DNA of 62,596 nucleotides, filler included, from Platydemus manokwari (Eukaryota): NCBI GenBank assembly GCA_037951405.1. It is 5 parts of 5 records of this genome, joined end to end, with 100 filler letters (N's around TTAATTAATTAA, not from the genome) between each part and the next. Parts side by side here need not be neighbours in the genome. Positions count along the whole stretch, not along the records: positions 49,998 to 62,596 come from JBBMOY010057791.1; 4 more parts are not named here. One strand, 5' to 3'. Shown piece by piece: positions 50,070 to 62,596 of this stretch (position 1 is its first letter; each line of letters starts with the position of its first letter). The notes under the pieces were generated by a model. It saw only the letters and a program-made list of their open reading frames with translations, ran no database searches and was not told where the DNA came from. The position numbers and the translations under genes were made by a program.

Positions 50070-51040
50070 GGGTAAATATTGATCTTCATCAAATATTTTA
50101 TTGATCTACATCTAGTAGTATAATTCATTAAATTTATTCCAACAACATACAATAACTTTTTAAACACAATTTTTTTGAAAATAATTAGAAAATAATCCGT
50201 TGGCCAAGTCATAACAAATTGGAAATAGTAATAACACATTAATTGCTAGGAAATTTCAAAATTAAGCCTCGAGAACAGAAATATAACAGGAATAAAATTT
50301 AACATATATAACCAGAAAATCACTCAAATCTTAGGACATGACGAAGCAGAATTATACCCCGCGCGTTGTTAATGAGTAATTTATATTTGTTAATTAATAT
50401 TTTATTTTTCAGAAGTGCACATTTAGATTTCAATACAACATCACAGATTGCTGGTGTTTGCTGGTATAATAATGCGGCTTTTTTTAATTGAAAGAAATCA
50501 CAATGATATGAAAATAGAATCTCCGTGAATCAAAATAAAAATTGATGATTATAAAAAAATTGAAGGGGTACAATAAAATATTTTTTAATGAAATACAATT
50601 TATTAATTTAAATCAGTTTGTGTGCCTAAATTTTGTGCCTCACTGGCATGTTTTTTTCTTACCTGGTCGGCAACATTTTTTGATATTTTTAGTTATTCTC
50701 CTATTTTAACAAAGCATTGCTTGAGATCTGCAGAGATATTTCCAAATGAAAATATTTAACTCATCTAATTATTTATTGTTTAATCTTTCTAGAAATCAAT
50801 CCAGTCGGAAAATGCCAAAACATATACCAAACCAAAATTCAATGAACATAAATTTTAGCTGGTAACAAAAATTTGTGTGTGTAGAAATACTTGGTCAGAA
50901 AATGAGGAAATAGAACAGAAAAGAACTAATTTGTGTCTCAACACTTGAAATTTTTAAAATTTTCTTCAGCGTGATAATTGAAAAAATGTAGACTTTATAT
51001 TAAATAAATTCTTTTTCAATTTTTTTCTATTTTTGTATTA

Positions 51041-51687
51041 AACCCTGCGATTCATAGATCTCTGTCTCTTAAACTAAAATAAAACAACAGTAGGAACAAA
51101 CTAAATGTATTGAGTAACTTTAATACATAACAAAACACAATAACAGTAAGAACAAATAACGGTAAATAATAAGCAACTTCATAGCAACTGTTCAAAATAT
51201 TCACCATTTTGGTCCAAACAGAGATTTCATCGTTTCCTGAAGCTTGATTGACGTTTATTTGAGAAATTGCTTCTTCAAGTACGTTAAGCATTGTATAATT
51301 GTTATGGATTGCATAAACTCGATCTTTGATATATCTTCATAGTCAAAAGTCCAATATCATGAGGTCTGGAGATCTTGGTAGCTATTCGTTTGGTCCACTA
51401 CGATCAATCCACCGCAGTGGATAATGTTGATCAAGCCATTGGAATACTGAAATGAGGTCAGGCACCATCGTGCTGAAACATTCTATCCGCAAACGAAAAT
51501 TTAACATCACCAACTACTGCCGCCATATTGTAATAATGCAACTGATTAATACAAAAATAAGAAATGAACTACATTAATCAGTGATTAATAATGAATATCA
51601 ATGAGTATAAATATGTGAGTGTAAATTATATTGTGTTTTGTTGTTTTATTTTAGTTTTAGAGACGGAGACTTATGAATCGCACGGTA
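51041..51687 (-). mobile_element. internally deleted Tc1/mariner-superfamily element (rosa/maT-like) with both TIRs
   Basis: About 48-bp TIRs (acc.tgcgattcata..tctc.gtctct.aaactaaaataaaacaac) flanked by TA. Internal FQHDGA*PH...WLDQHYPLRWIDRSGPNE*LPRSPDL..LDF...YIKDRVY. Confidence 0.88.
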
Positions 51688-54600
51688 TATCAAGTGTTAA
51701 TGTTATCAACCTTATGTTGTCAGTTCCATAAAATTTTACGATTAAAAGGCAGGTATTTAGCAAATAATTGAAGTATAATAACCAAAACTAATAACCAAAT
51801 CGGGCTTTTAAATCGATGTACAAGAGTGGAAATATTTTTGAATGATTAATGTTAATATTGTGATAAGACCTTCGATTGGTTTTCTCGATTGCTTTGAATT
51901 TTAATTGGTCCATTTAAATGCCAGTTGAATCCTGTATCTATTTGAACACTCATTTCATGGTAAAACAAGAAGCAAATTTTTTCCCCATTTTGTACGATTT
52001 CTTTAGCGATCGTATTGAGATGGGTTCATAGGTTTTCGAAATCATTCTGACTCTAGTGAGAGCTTCATCTAACCTGTACAATTGGAGGCATCTTAATATT
52101 TCTGTAACGGATTTCTTGAATGATAACATCATGAATATGTTTTTCTTATTAATATTATTCACGCATTCATATAATCAATGACAACCGATACATTATTTAG
52201 TGTGTTGTCAAGATATTTAAATAAAAATAATATCAAGCCAACTCTACTATTGGTTGTTATATTATATTTTTGCAATATTTTACTCACTCAGGATGATATT
52301 TAGCCTGTATATATTTAATAATCAACACAGCCTTATGTTTATCTACAAAGTGTTTATTATTAATTAATCATGAGAATAGGAAAAAAATGTGAAAGATTAA
52401 ATTCAATATAATTCAAAGGAGAAATAGTTTTTTTCACAATCAAATGAGGGGTTTGGGCGCTAGTTAAAAAAAGCGTTAATCAGTTCGTATTCAATCTAAG
52501 AGAGAACTAAATATCAATATTAGTCTTAAAAATGGAAACTGTAACAGATGAAAGCGAGTATATATAAATTTTAAACAATTTATTAAATAATTTGCCTTTA
52601 AATTTAATTATCAAATTTTCGAATGAAGAAATTTAACGAAAAATGAAGATGCTAATGAAATTTCTCAAATGAAAATCTAATTATTCTTAAAATTGTTTAA
52701 AATCAAAGTCTTCTTCTCCCAGGAGGTTTTATAAAACCCGACCTCATCTTGATTAATGTCTTAAATGCTTCGAATTCAATAGTTTTTATGGTTAATCCAC
52801 ATTTATTTGTGCTCACTTTTTATACTATTTTTGGTGTGTCTGGTGTATTACTTTGTTATTTTATTAATATTAAATTTCTCTATAAAATAAGGTATATTTT
52901 TCCTAATACATTTTTCACCACCTGATTTCTATTTTTATTTGCGCGTAAATCTGATGAATTTTATTTCGTTGATATTTCTTTCCGTCTGACTTAAATTCTG
53001 TTTAATCTCTTTATCTCTATAATTATTATTAATTATTATTTTATTTCTTTTATTTTCTGCTTAATTCTGCTTTTCATCTCATATTTGTTTAATATTTATT
53101 TATTGATTATTAAATATTGATTATTAAATTGATATTATTAAATTTATTCTTGTAATCATAATAATTTAATTACTTCGGCACAATCTGGTTGATTTTTTTC
53201 GATTATGCACAACATTTTAGATTATTAGACTTAGATAACTAATGTAAAACAAATCAATATCGACACAATATAATATTTAATATTTAAAAAAATAAAGACA
53301 TAAACGGTAGGCGAATACATGAAAATCTTACAACGAGAAAAGTAAAATCATAATAATTGAAAACTGTTTAATCACTAATTTTTAAATATTGATTGTTATT
53401 TTGATTGATGGAAATGTTGGCATTTGGGATTACTTGATCGTTACTGATAGTGATTACAATTTAGATTGTTATTTCGGATATCATTTTATTTATTTTGTAT
53501 TTATTGGGTTTGCTGGAATCAAATTGAAACTGTGACTATTGTTCTATATGTGAAATGGGCTTTTGAAATTATTCCTATACATTTCAATTGTGTTTGTGGT
53601 ACATATTTAGTGTTCTTCATAATCGCAAACGAAATATAAAAGTTCTGATAGACTCGAATTAATGAGTGCAAAAGAAATTTCACCTGGATTTAAAAGCGAA
53701 TTCGATATGATGAAGAAATGTGAAATATTTTTAGTCAGAATAAAATCCATTTATGACATTGATGTAGGTACAAAATACAGTTACAGAGATAGGGTTGAGT
53801 TCAAGAGTTTAGTATAAGATAATAAAATTAACTAAAAGAGAACCAATTACACAAATTTCATAAGGGAAGCTTATACTTATAGAGAGATAAAATCAAGGTG
53901 TGCTAGAGAATCTTTTAGATAATAATGTTGCTACTTTCTGTAGAAACCTTCAAAACTTCTCAGAAATTGTCTCCCAAAAAAACTGATCATTAAGGATAAG
54001 CTTCCTCTTTCGTAAATTAAAGTAGCCAAAATTAAAGAAACCGAAAATGCTTGTTTTCCGGTACTTGATATTAAACAGTTACTATGCTCGGTGAAATGTT
54101 CAATAGTCTTTGAATCAGAGTATTTAATTAGCTATTATTAATAATAGAAAGATTTTTCTTATTTAACTTTAAGTTTTATGTAATTGTGTAGATATTAATA
54201 TTTATAGCACAGTGATCCTTTAGAACATTATGTCGAATGAATTAAAAATGAAAATTTTTGAATTACTGAGATAGAACAATTGCTATACTTTATGGAATAA
54301 AACAAGAATTTACTTCTTGATTTTAATACCAAGCAAATTAGTTAGCTGGAAGTATTGGCAGAACATTGGCATGTTAAAACAGCATCTTGGATGAACTCAT
54401 AATTTGAATAACGCCAGTACAAGATATCAGAAGTCAAATTCACAAATATTTTTGTATAATTTGAAAAGGAATTTTTATGACCTAATTAGCAAAATTAACC
54501 TGGTGTGCATGTGAATTTACCTGAGTGAAAATGTAAATTCTAAGCGGACATATATTTATTACGTTACTAGTCTATAAAGGAAAAAAACCCATGGAATATA

Positions 54601-55208
54601 TACACAAATATGTGTATTACCTGACATAATTTGTTGTAAAAATAACCGCGTATTTATCATTTTTATGACACTGACGGTTTGAATGCCTGCAATTAACAAA
54701 TTTATATAATTTTTAAAATTTTAAAATCAAACTAATATTTTTAAAATAGTTTTATGAAAATATAAATATTATTCTCAGTGTGTGTAATCTATGTATCAAA
54801 TTAATCTGTTGAAATGAAAATATAAAAAAAATATTATCTTACTGTTTTCTTTGAAAATTTTAGAAAATATTTCCAGAATTTTAAACTTTGGCAAACATTA
54901 TGACAGGTACAAGAGGCACTTCTAATGTGAGCATTATTATTCTTTGGGTGTTTTCAGATAAATTTTTAACTTCAAAAACATGGAAAATCTTTGAAAAGAA
55001 TATCGTGACAAATTATTGATAATTAAATGATGATTGAGATCTTACTTATTTACAAATGATCCTTTAAATGGTTCTATATCATGTGATTAGAAAGATTTAA
55101 AATTTCGATCAGGTGATGCAAACTTATACCTTATAATTAATTTTAAAAAACTTAAATATAGGAATCAAAACCTGATATTCATTGAGTTTTATATCAATTA
55201 TCCGCAAA

Positions 55209-56300
55209 TCATGAAAAATAAAATCTCCAAAAAATCTTTATATATATATCCCCTTTTTTAAAATCTTTGATTTTTTCAATATTTCTTGTTTTTACAGTTA
55301 CTTTTCCATTTTGTAATCGGTAACTTCCTTCATGATTCTTCCCAATCACTTCGGATGGGTCTTCATATCTTTCCTGATCCTTATTCCTCTGCTCTTTCTT
55401 TATTAGTACATTAACCCCTTCTTGGAATTTACGTTTAGTTATTCTTTTTCTATCGTTATTTTGTTTTTCTTTCATGTTCTCATTTAACTCATTTCTGTCT
55501 ATTCTACTATTTGCTTGTCACTGTAATCTTTCTATATTTTTTCCGAATGTGACTTATGTTTGACTTGTGTTTTGTGTATAGTCACATTCAACGTGTATTC
55601 GATCTCTGGTAATCTTGAAGCCAGTTCGCATTTTGTCTTTCCTTTATCCTTGCGTTTATGTAATGCCTAATCGTTCGAAATTAGCGTTCAATGATTTCAT
55701 TAGCGCTGAGATTATAAGGAATATCAACTCCCTTCCCATTTTGAAAGCCATGTCCTTAATTCTCTGTGATTGGAAACATTTTACACAATCTGCGTGTATT
55801 TCTTTTGGTGCTCCGTATTTTAATATCCATTGATTCTGGATCACCCTTTCTATTGTTGCCTCGTTTTGTTTATTTATGGGTGTCAGTGTTATGCATCTAC
55901 TGACCTAGTCAATAATTGCCAGTATATATTTTTCTACTGAAGTCGTTGCTTTCCATGATCCAAAAATGTCGATATATATTTTCACGAACGGCTCTCTCGC
56001 TTGTAGTTACTTTGGTTCTTCCTTCGTTTTTGTTGTTCACTTTAGTTTTTTCGGATGCTTCACACTGACTTATAACTTTTTTGATTTTCTTTCCCAGGTC
56101 TTTCATATCGAAATTACTTTTTATATATTGTGTGACTTTTACCTTTCCTTTGTGACACAGCAATTTGTGTGTATGTTCTATCATTTCTCTTATTTTCTCT
56201 GCTAGTATCCAAATTTTGTTTTCTTTTGATTTTCACTCCAAAAATGAACAACAAATTTCCTTGGCACTATTCTGGAATTCATCAAGATCTTCCCGTCGTA
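55209..56300 (-). mobile_element. Gypsy/Ty3 integrase remnant
   Basis: HKLLCHKG (zinc-binding HHCC region), WILKYGAPKEIHADC (core) and RYEDPSEV (GPY/F-like) C-terminus; frameshifted. Confidence 0.8.
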
Positions 56301-57029
56301 ATTGATTCCTGGTACTGTTAATGGGGATCTGGAGTCATCTGCGTTGCTAGCTGCAAATTCTGCATCGAGAAATAATAGTTTTTCTCTGATTTTATTTTGA
56401 CTTAACTTACAAATGATTTTCTGTGCTTCATATCTTCTACTATTGAATTGTATTCCGTGTTTGGGATGCTTTGAAGTGATTCCCTTTCCTTTTGATTGAA
56501 TCCTTTAGCTGGTTTTTCCCTGAATTCCATGGCTATCCACACTGGTAAGTTCACTGCTCTAATTCGAGAATTCCAATCTTCTCTTTGTATTTCCCACTCG
56601 TTCCACTTCGAATTCTTTTCCACCGTGGTTGAGGAATTCTGTTTGAAATATATGCCAAATTTTGCAAGTTTTAATATATTACTCTTGGTACACTCTGAGA
56701 AATTAATTTGCATTTTCCAATCTGTGGACCTTATATCATTTGGGATTTCTTCATAATTCGTAATACTAACCATCGGGATTAAATCCGTTCGCATGGTCAG
56801 TTGTTGAAGGGTTCCATAGCATGTACGATTATGTATATTGTTGAATGTTTAGCTTGAAATTACTGATAATGTGAGCTTGTTATTAGAGTGAATTTATTAA
56901 TTTTTTGAACTTTTTTATAATTGACGTGTTTGTATGTAGAAAATGTGTATGTAATCGCTAATCAATTGCCAGTTGTCCACCTCATAATTTCAACCAATAG
57001 TAAATAAAATATCATAGAATTAAATATCA

Positions 57030-60000
57030 TGATACAACATCAATGATCACCAATAATAGTAAAACAATAATTGTTGGGCTGGAATTAATAAATGATTTCA
57101 TCTAAATCATTATCCAAAGTGATATGATTAATTAAATTAAAGTATTCCCTGTTTGATCCTGATTGAGACTGTAATTGAATGTCTGTATATTCCACTAAGT
57201 TGAGTTCCCAGTATGATTGTGATTGTTTTCAGTATTCGATTTTTAATTTATGTTCCTATCCTTTATTTAGATTTTCAAATTTTTTGTGTGATTGATTCGA
57301 ATGTAGTAAAATGTTTTATAGTCCCAAATAAAATTCAGAGTGACTGCTAGATTTTCATCACTACTCCATTGGCTTTGAACTGAGATCGAAGAGGAAATTT
57401 GCACTCCGATGTTCTGTTTACTTATTACAATCGTTTTGTTGTCTTGCAACGCCATTATTAATCGATCCTTTCCATACTTTCCTTCGTCTGCTACTCTCGT
57501 TTCATAACACGTTATACTCATTCGATTTTTTTCATATAGTCTTAAATTATCGATTTTTGTATAAATTAATAATTTCGTAAAATTAATTGATTAGCTGTAA
57601 CTGAAAGTCTCTAGTTTGATATTTACTAATATGTTTGGTCCATAATGCTATCGGCATACAATTCCATCATTAAATGGTCCAGTTATAACTTTATTTTTAA
57701 TTCCTCTTGCCCTTACATAAATTGTCAATAGAGAGTCCGGCCATCCGAAATTATGATCATTATTTATCAAAAATGCGGTTTTCCACGAGCATCGTCTATC
57801 CGACGTTAGATCATAAATAATTACTTTTTCATTAAACGATTTAGAAATATTTTGATGTAAGAGCCAATTTCGAATAGTTCCTGGATTGCGACTCTTTCTT
57901 ATCCAAATAAGATGAGTATACGAAAAATAAATTTTTAATCCTTCAATTAATTCAATTTTTAATTTTGATGAAATCATTGTTTCTATTGTATAATCAATAT
58001 TAAATAAAGCTATGAAGCATAAAAAGAGTAATAAACTACAGAGCCTCCTAGAAGTGCTTGCAGTCTGTGATTTACCATGCAAAGAATATTGATGTTCGAT
58101 CACTTCAGACACTCCTTATATCAATTAACGAGTATCACGGTCGTTTCAGAGTTTTTCCCTTTTACCGGTTTTATTTTCAAGTTTGTTGAAGTTGTACCAT
58201 AAACAGTATATGGGTATTAATATGACCTACCTAATTTCGGAGATATCCTACGTATATTTTCTGTTCGAAATAGATAAACTAAGTCTCCTGTTTTGATTTT
58301 ATGTTCATATACCTTCATATCATACAGGGTTTATATTGTTCTTGTTTATATTTGATTTTTAAACCAGCTTTCGGGATAAATTCACCGTCATTGTACCACA
58401 TGAGTAAAATATATTTGTTTTCTAGGTACTATTAATATATCTTTACCAGCATGATATTTCAATAAATCCTTTTGTATAAAATATCCGAGTTGTATTAATT
58501 GTTTAGGGTATACATTGGAATAATTTTGTTCGTATTTTTTCAAGGCTCTACTAGCATATGCAATAACATGATCCTATTCACCATCATCTTGCTGTCCTAA
58601 TACAGCATCAATAGCAAATCAACTTGCATCTGCCAATACAATAAAAGATTTCTTCATATCTGGGTGTCGCAATATAGGATTGGTGGTTAATTTTTGTTTT
58701 AATAATTCGAAAGCTTCTTGTTGCTATTTTAGCTATTTAAATGGTGAATTTTTCTTTAATAGTGTGTAAGCAATATGTGAGAAATTTTGTATAAATTTCC
58801 TATAGTAATTAGCAAGACTAAGAAAATATTTAGCTTCATCAACATTGATTGGGGTTGTGAAATTTAAGTATTTTATCTACTAGAGCTGATTTTGGTTTTA
58901 AATCTTCCTTAGAAATAGTATGATCATTGTATGTGACTTCTGACTTGGTTCATTCACATTTAGAAGCTCTAATTTTCAGATTTACCAATACTTTCTATAT
59001 TGATCAAATGCTCTTCAAAATCTTTAGAAAAAATAATAATATCATTGATATATATCTTTGCATATTCGACATATATGAGTATGAAATCCATGGCTTTTTG
59101 AAAAATTGTAGGAGCTCCTGTTAAACCAACCTGTAATACATTAAATTCAAATAGTCCATCATCGTCAACAAATGCTCCTTAATTGCAAATTGACAATATC
59201 TTTTTTTCAAGCCAATAATTGAAAATATAGTTTGTCGAGATGGGGGAAATGGATATCTATCTTTTCTAGTAACAGCGTTTAATTTTCGATAGTCCACGCA
59301 CCATCTTATGCTACCATCTTTCTTTTTTACCAATACGATTTAAAATCTCCATGCAGAAAAAATAATTCTTATAATGTTATTCTCAAGCATTTGTTGCTTC
59401 TACTCACCTCCAAGTGTGCGTAAGGTATACGGTACGATCTCATTCTTATAGGTGTTTCCTTACCTAGTAACTACGTGAGTGCTACCAACGCCAAATTCGT
59501 GTTTAGCGCTTATATCACTGTTTAATTAGTCATTTTAATTTTAATTTTTGTTTTTCGTTTATAATTTTACTGTCATTTTTTTCTATCATCATAATATTTT
59601 GCTAGTATTTTCCAAATAATCGAGTCGACATCAGATATGGTTGATAATATTCTGAGACTTGTATTTGGATTAAGTGTTACCATTCTACTTTCAAAATTAG
59701 TTTACCTAATTGGAATATTTTGATTATCTATCAATACTAATTCACAAGATGCTAGCATTTCATATTTTTGTATGAATTGTTGGTTTGATTCAAATAATAA
59801 ACATCCTTTTCAATTTTAGATGTGCTACCATAATATGCAGAAGTGGATTCGACAAGATTTCCTGTTCGAAAATCTAATGTTATGTTTCCTATTCGTTCTA
59901 GCATATCCATTTCTAAAGAGCATTTAAATAGACAGACGTCCACTACAACTACAATGCATTGTATTATTTTACATGTCATTCCAATATTTACAATAATCCT

Positions 60001-60900
60001 CCCTATCATTTGTGGTGTTGACCCACAATTTTAATAGGGTTCTTGAGACTTCCCAATTTGGTACCGATATGTCTGAATTTGTGATAATATTTTTATCGTC
60101 CCCTGAATTCGGTGAAATATCATCTGAAATCGAAGATGTACTAAATCTCACTTTCCTTTTATTTCTGATTCCAGATTTCATATTATTCAATTCTTTATAC
60201 TGACGATTAATTAAAAAAAATTTAGATAAAAATGGAATACATCCTAAAATTAATTTCCATGAACTATCTATAATGTTATATAGACAAGAAGTAGACAGTA
60301 CCTGTGCTATTAAAACTTTTATAAATGTTAACAAAACATACTCTCCTATCAGTCCGACACAGGCTTGCCTGAAGAATATGAATTTTTCCCTAAATTTTAA
60401 ACTAGATTTTTCCCATTGTATTAAGCTTTGCTTATCTGGACCTAGCAAGCATTCAAAGTTGGCTTGAAGGCTTCCCCTTTGATAGAATAGTATCAACGGA
60501 TTCGATTACGATACGTTCCCTCTATTATGGAAATAGTAGATTCTTTCGGGCTTCCTCCAGTCCTCACTTTTTGTAGGCAATCTAATTTCATCGTCTATTT
60601 TTGTCACCGTGTATCTCTAACGATCTAGAGATTGCTTTTATCTTTATCAACGATGTGTGACTACATTTTCCATAATGAAAAAAAAGTTATCTTCTTATCG
60701 AAGCATTCTTTTACTTGTACTTTAGTAAATTTCGATTCCTGGTATAAAAAGTAATGCTCATTATCGCCACTGGAGACTTTCATCAAATATGCTTCTGGGA
60801 ATTCCGTTATTTTCATTAACGAATAAATATTTCCCATTTATATTTTATAGCAATCATAAGCAATTAAAGTTCTAGCTTCGTTTCAGAAACCAAATATCAT
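57030..60900 (-). mobile_element. decayed Gypsy/Ty3 LTR retrotransposon (gag-pro-RT-RNase H-IN) plus downstream extra ORF
   Basis: [31 protein letters not shown] (59121-59333); RNase H LRHPDMKKSFIVLADAS...VLGQ...VIAYASRAL (58540-58680); IN tail GDLVYL...SPKL...PYTV (58200-58300). Confidence 0.85.
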
Positions 60901-61119
60901 CATCATAGAAACTATTGCTTTACTCCAAAAATTTACGGATAACATTCCACTCCTTAATAATTTACTTTTCCTATTTTTTATTTCGAATTATTCGATTTTT
61001 ATTATTAATTAGTTCAATTTCATTAAATTAAATATAATAACACATTTAATAATAACACCTTCAAAATTTTTATTATTATTAAAAGTATCATTACCTACAT
61101 GAAATGGCAAATTAAATGC

Positions 61120-61774
61120 TACCTCTTGAATTTCATTCATAGCGTCATTTTTTTGCAAATTGGCCTGTTCATATTCTACATTTTCATTAATAATGCTTTG
61201 CTCATAAAATAAACCTCAACATTAATTTTATTTTTTTATTTCAGAAATACATCGTAATTCAACAAATATTCATCATCATCTAAATTTTGACCACATTATA
61301 GTAAGCTAATAACTGCTTCGTTTCTCAATTTTTTTGAAATATTTCTTCTTATTCTCTTTATGTGTGTACACCAAGGCTCTTTGGAATTCTCCATTTCAAC
61401 TCCTGATTTCATCAAACTTACCTCAAATGAAGGTAGATTTAAATCTTCCTTTTTCCGCATTTTCTACAAAACGTAAAAATATTTCTGAAAGTAGAATTAA
61501 TAGGTAAACATCATTCTATATACGTTACTAACAAATATATTAAATCAATCAAATTACGAATTATTGATACATTTCCCTTGATAATTTCCAAAGTTTTCAC
61601 TATTTCACTAAAATTCAATGGCTCTTCCTTTAAAGGTATACTCGCCTGTGCTAACATTTCAACAGGATTATCCCACTCTTTTATACATCGTTTTTCAATT
61701 TTCACAACAATATCGTTTTCTGACACAATGCCATGAATAATCACATAATCATCATCAAGTGAAATTTGATTCAA
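61120..61774 (-). pseudogene. degenerate spliced gene fragment of unknown function
   Basis: An 87-aa ORF followed by several short GT-AG-bounded segments (for example QSIINENVEYEQANLQKNDAMNEIQE|gtag) with internal stops and frameshifts. Confidence 0.3.
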
Positions 61775-62596
61775 AAACGTAAATGGACTATCTCCTCCTA
61801 CAATTTGGATTCTAATATGTAACTGCTAGCTGCTTCTTCAGAAAGTCGCTGACTGAAGATTTATTAAATAAATATTAGTTTGGGCTGATTTTAGCTTATT
61901 TTACGGGTCCTATAAGGGGCTTCAATAGCGGTTAAGGAGACCTCACTATCGGAAATTTATAAATATGACTATCTAAAGGTTAGTTTAATAGTTATTCCGC
62001 CTTGGTGACAACGAGGCTGGTTGATGACACTGCAAATTTAAAAATTAAATCAGCCACGTTAAATATTGTACGAAAGTGTCTTCGATTTTCACGTAAATTC
62101 ATCGTTATGAGTCGGTTGGTTTCTGTATAAATTTATCTTCAAGTCAAAACAATGATATTTTTACAGATACATTTCTTCTAGAAAAACAACGGAACAGAGC
62201 TGAAATTATAACATAAAAATATAGATAAATGGCCGGCACGTTGCCTCAGCAAGTAGCCAGCAAAGTCCCAAGAGGACCGAGTAAAGATATTTTGAATGGA
62301 AAAGAGTTATTGGCAATACACCAATATAACTGTGATGTTATTATCAACGAACGATTATTATCAATGATTAATATAATATAAATGTTACAATCAAAAATAT
62401 TAGAATATGACACAAGTGCAATATCATTAATTGAAATTATGACTTTAAAAATGATGGATCATGAAATTACTACAATGAAAAAAGAACCTTACTACGCTCT
62501 AATTAATTTTCCAAAAGATATTAAAGCTTTACTCATAAGTCGGGACACTAATTTGCATATTGTGTTATATAAGAAATTTAATAATTAAATTATAAG

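Noticed and set aside
50663-50727. AG/GT-bounded segment resembling another knottin exon (QCFVKIGE...CCRP)
   Set aside because: It needs both a stop read-through and a frameshift to bring the CC into frame, and no signal exon was found.
54030-54075. KETENACFPVLDIK, similar to a Penelope RT E.E.N..LPFLD motif
   Set aside because: A single short motif, and element boundaries cannot be supported.
1-62596. CRISPR arrays, tRNA/rRNA genes or prokaryotic operons
   Set aside because: No regularly spaced repeat-spacer array, cloverleaf or rRNA signature was seen by eye; the DNA is intron-containing eukaryotic sequence.

Overview
Very AT-rich eukaryotic (metazoan) DNA with many 40-60 nt GT-AG introns and dense transposon debris. 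This fits a triclad planarian, but that assignment is an inference. The window is five contigs joined by artificial 100-bp linkers (44N-TTAATTAATTAA-44N), so adjacency across linkers is not guaranteed. Recognisable host genes: an MKRN2OS/DUF4796-like gene, a multi-exon TAF5, an MS4A/CD20-like four-TM gene, an ependymin-related secreted protein, a 765-aa secreted orphan and the last exon of an unknown gene. Much of the rest is decayed mobile DNA: Penelope-like, NeSL/R2-type, RT-RNase H LINE, Gypsy, Polinton polB, hAT, pogo and mariner. The main result is absent from the ORF track: a tandem cluster at about 43.3-48.6 kb (minus strand) of tiny spliced genes, each built from an ATG-only exon, a signal-peptide exon and a mature-peptide exon. 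They encode 55-aa secreted six-cysteine knottin/conotoxin-like precursors (C-x9-C-x2-CC-x3-C-x10-C) with a conserved signal, invariant Cys codons and hypervariable loops. Also notable: a type III-topology hammerhead ribozyme motif in a structured island (7.9 kb), a Gypsy remnant with an env-like extra ORF, a zinc-finger/Ulp1-like protease element, and a probable rearranged nad4 NUMT.
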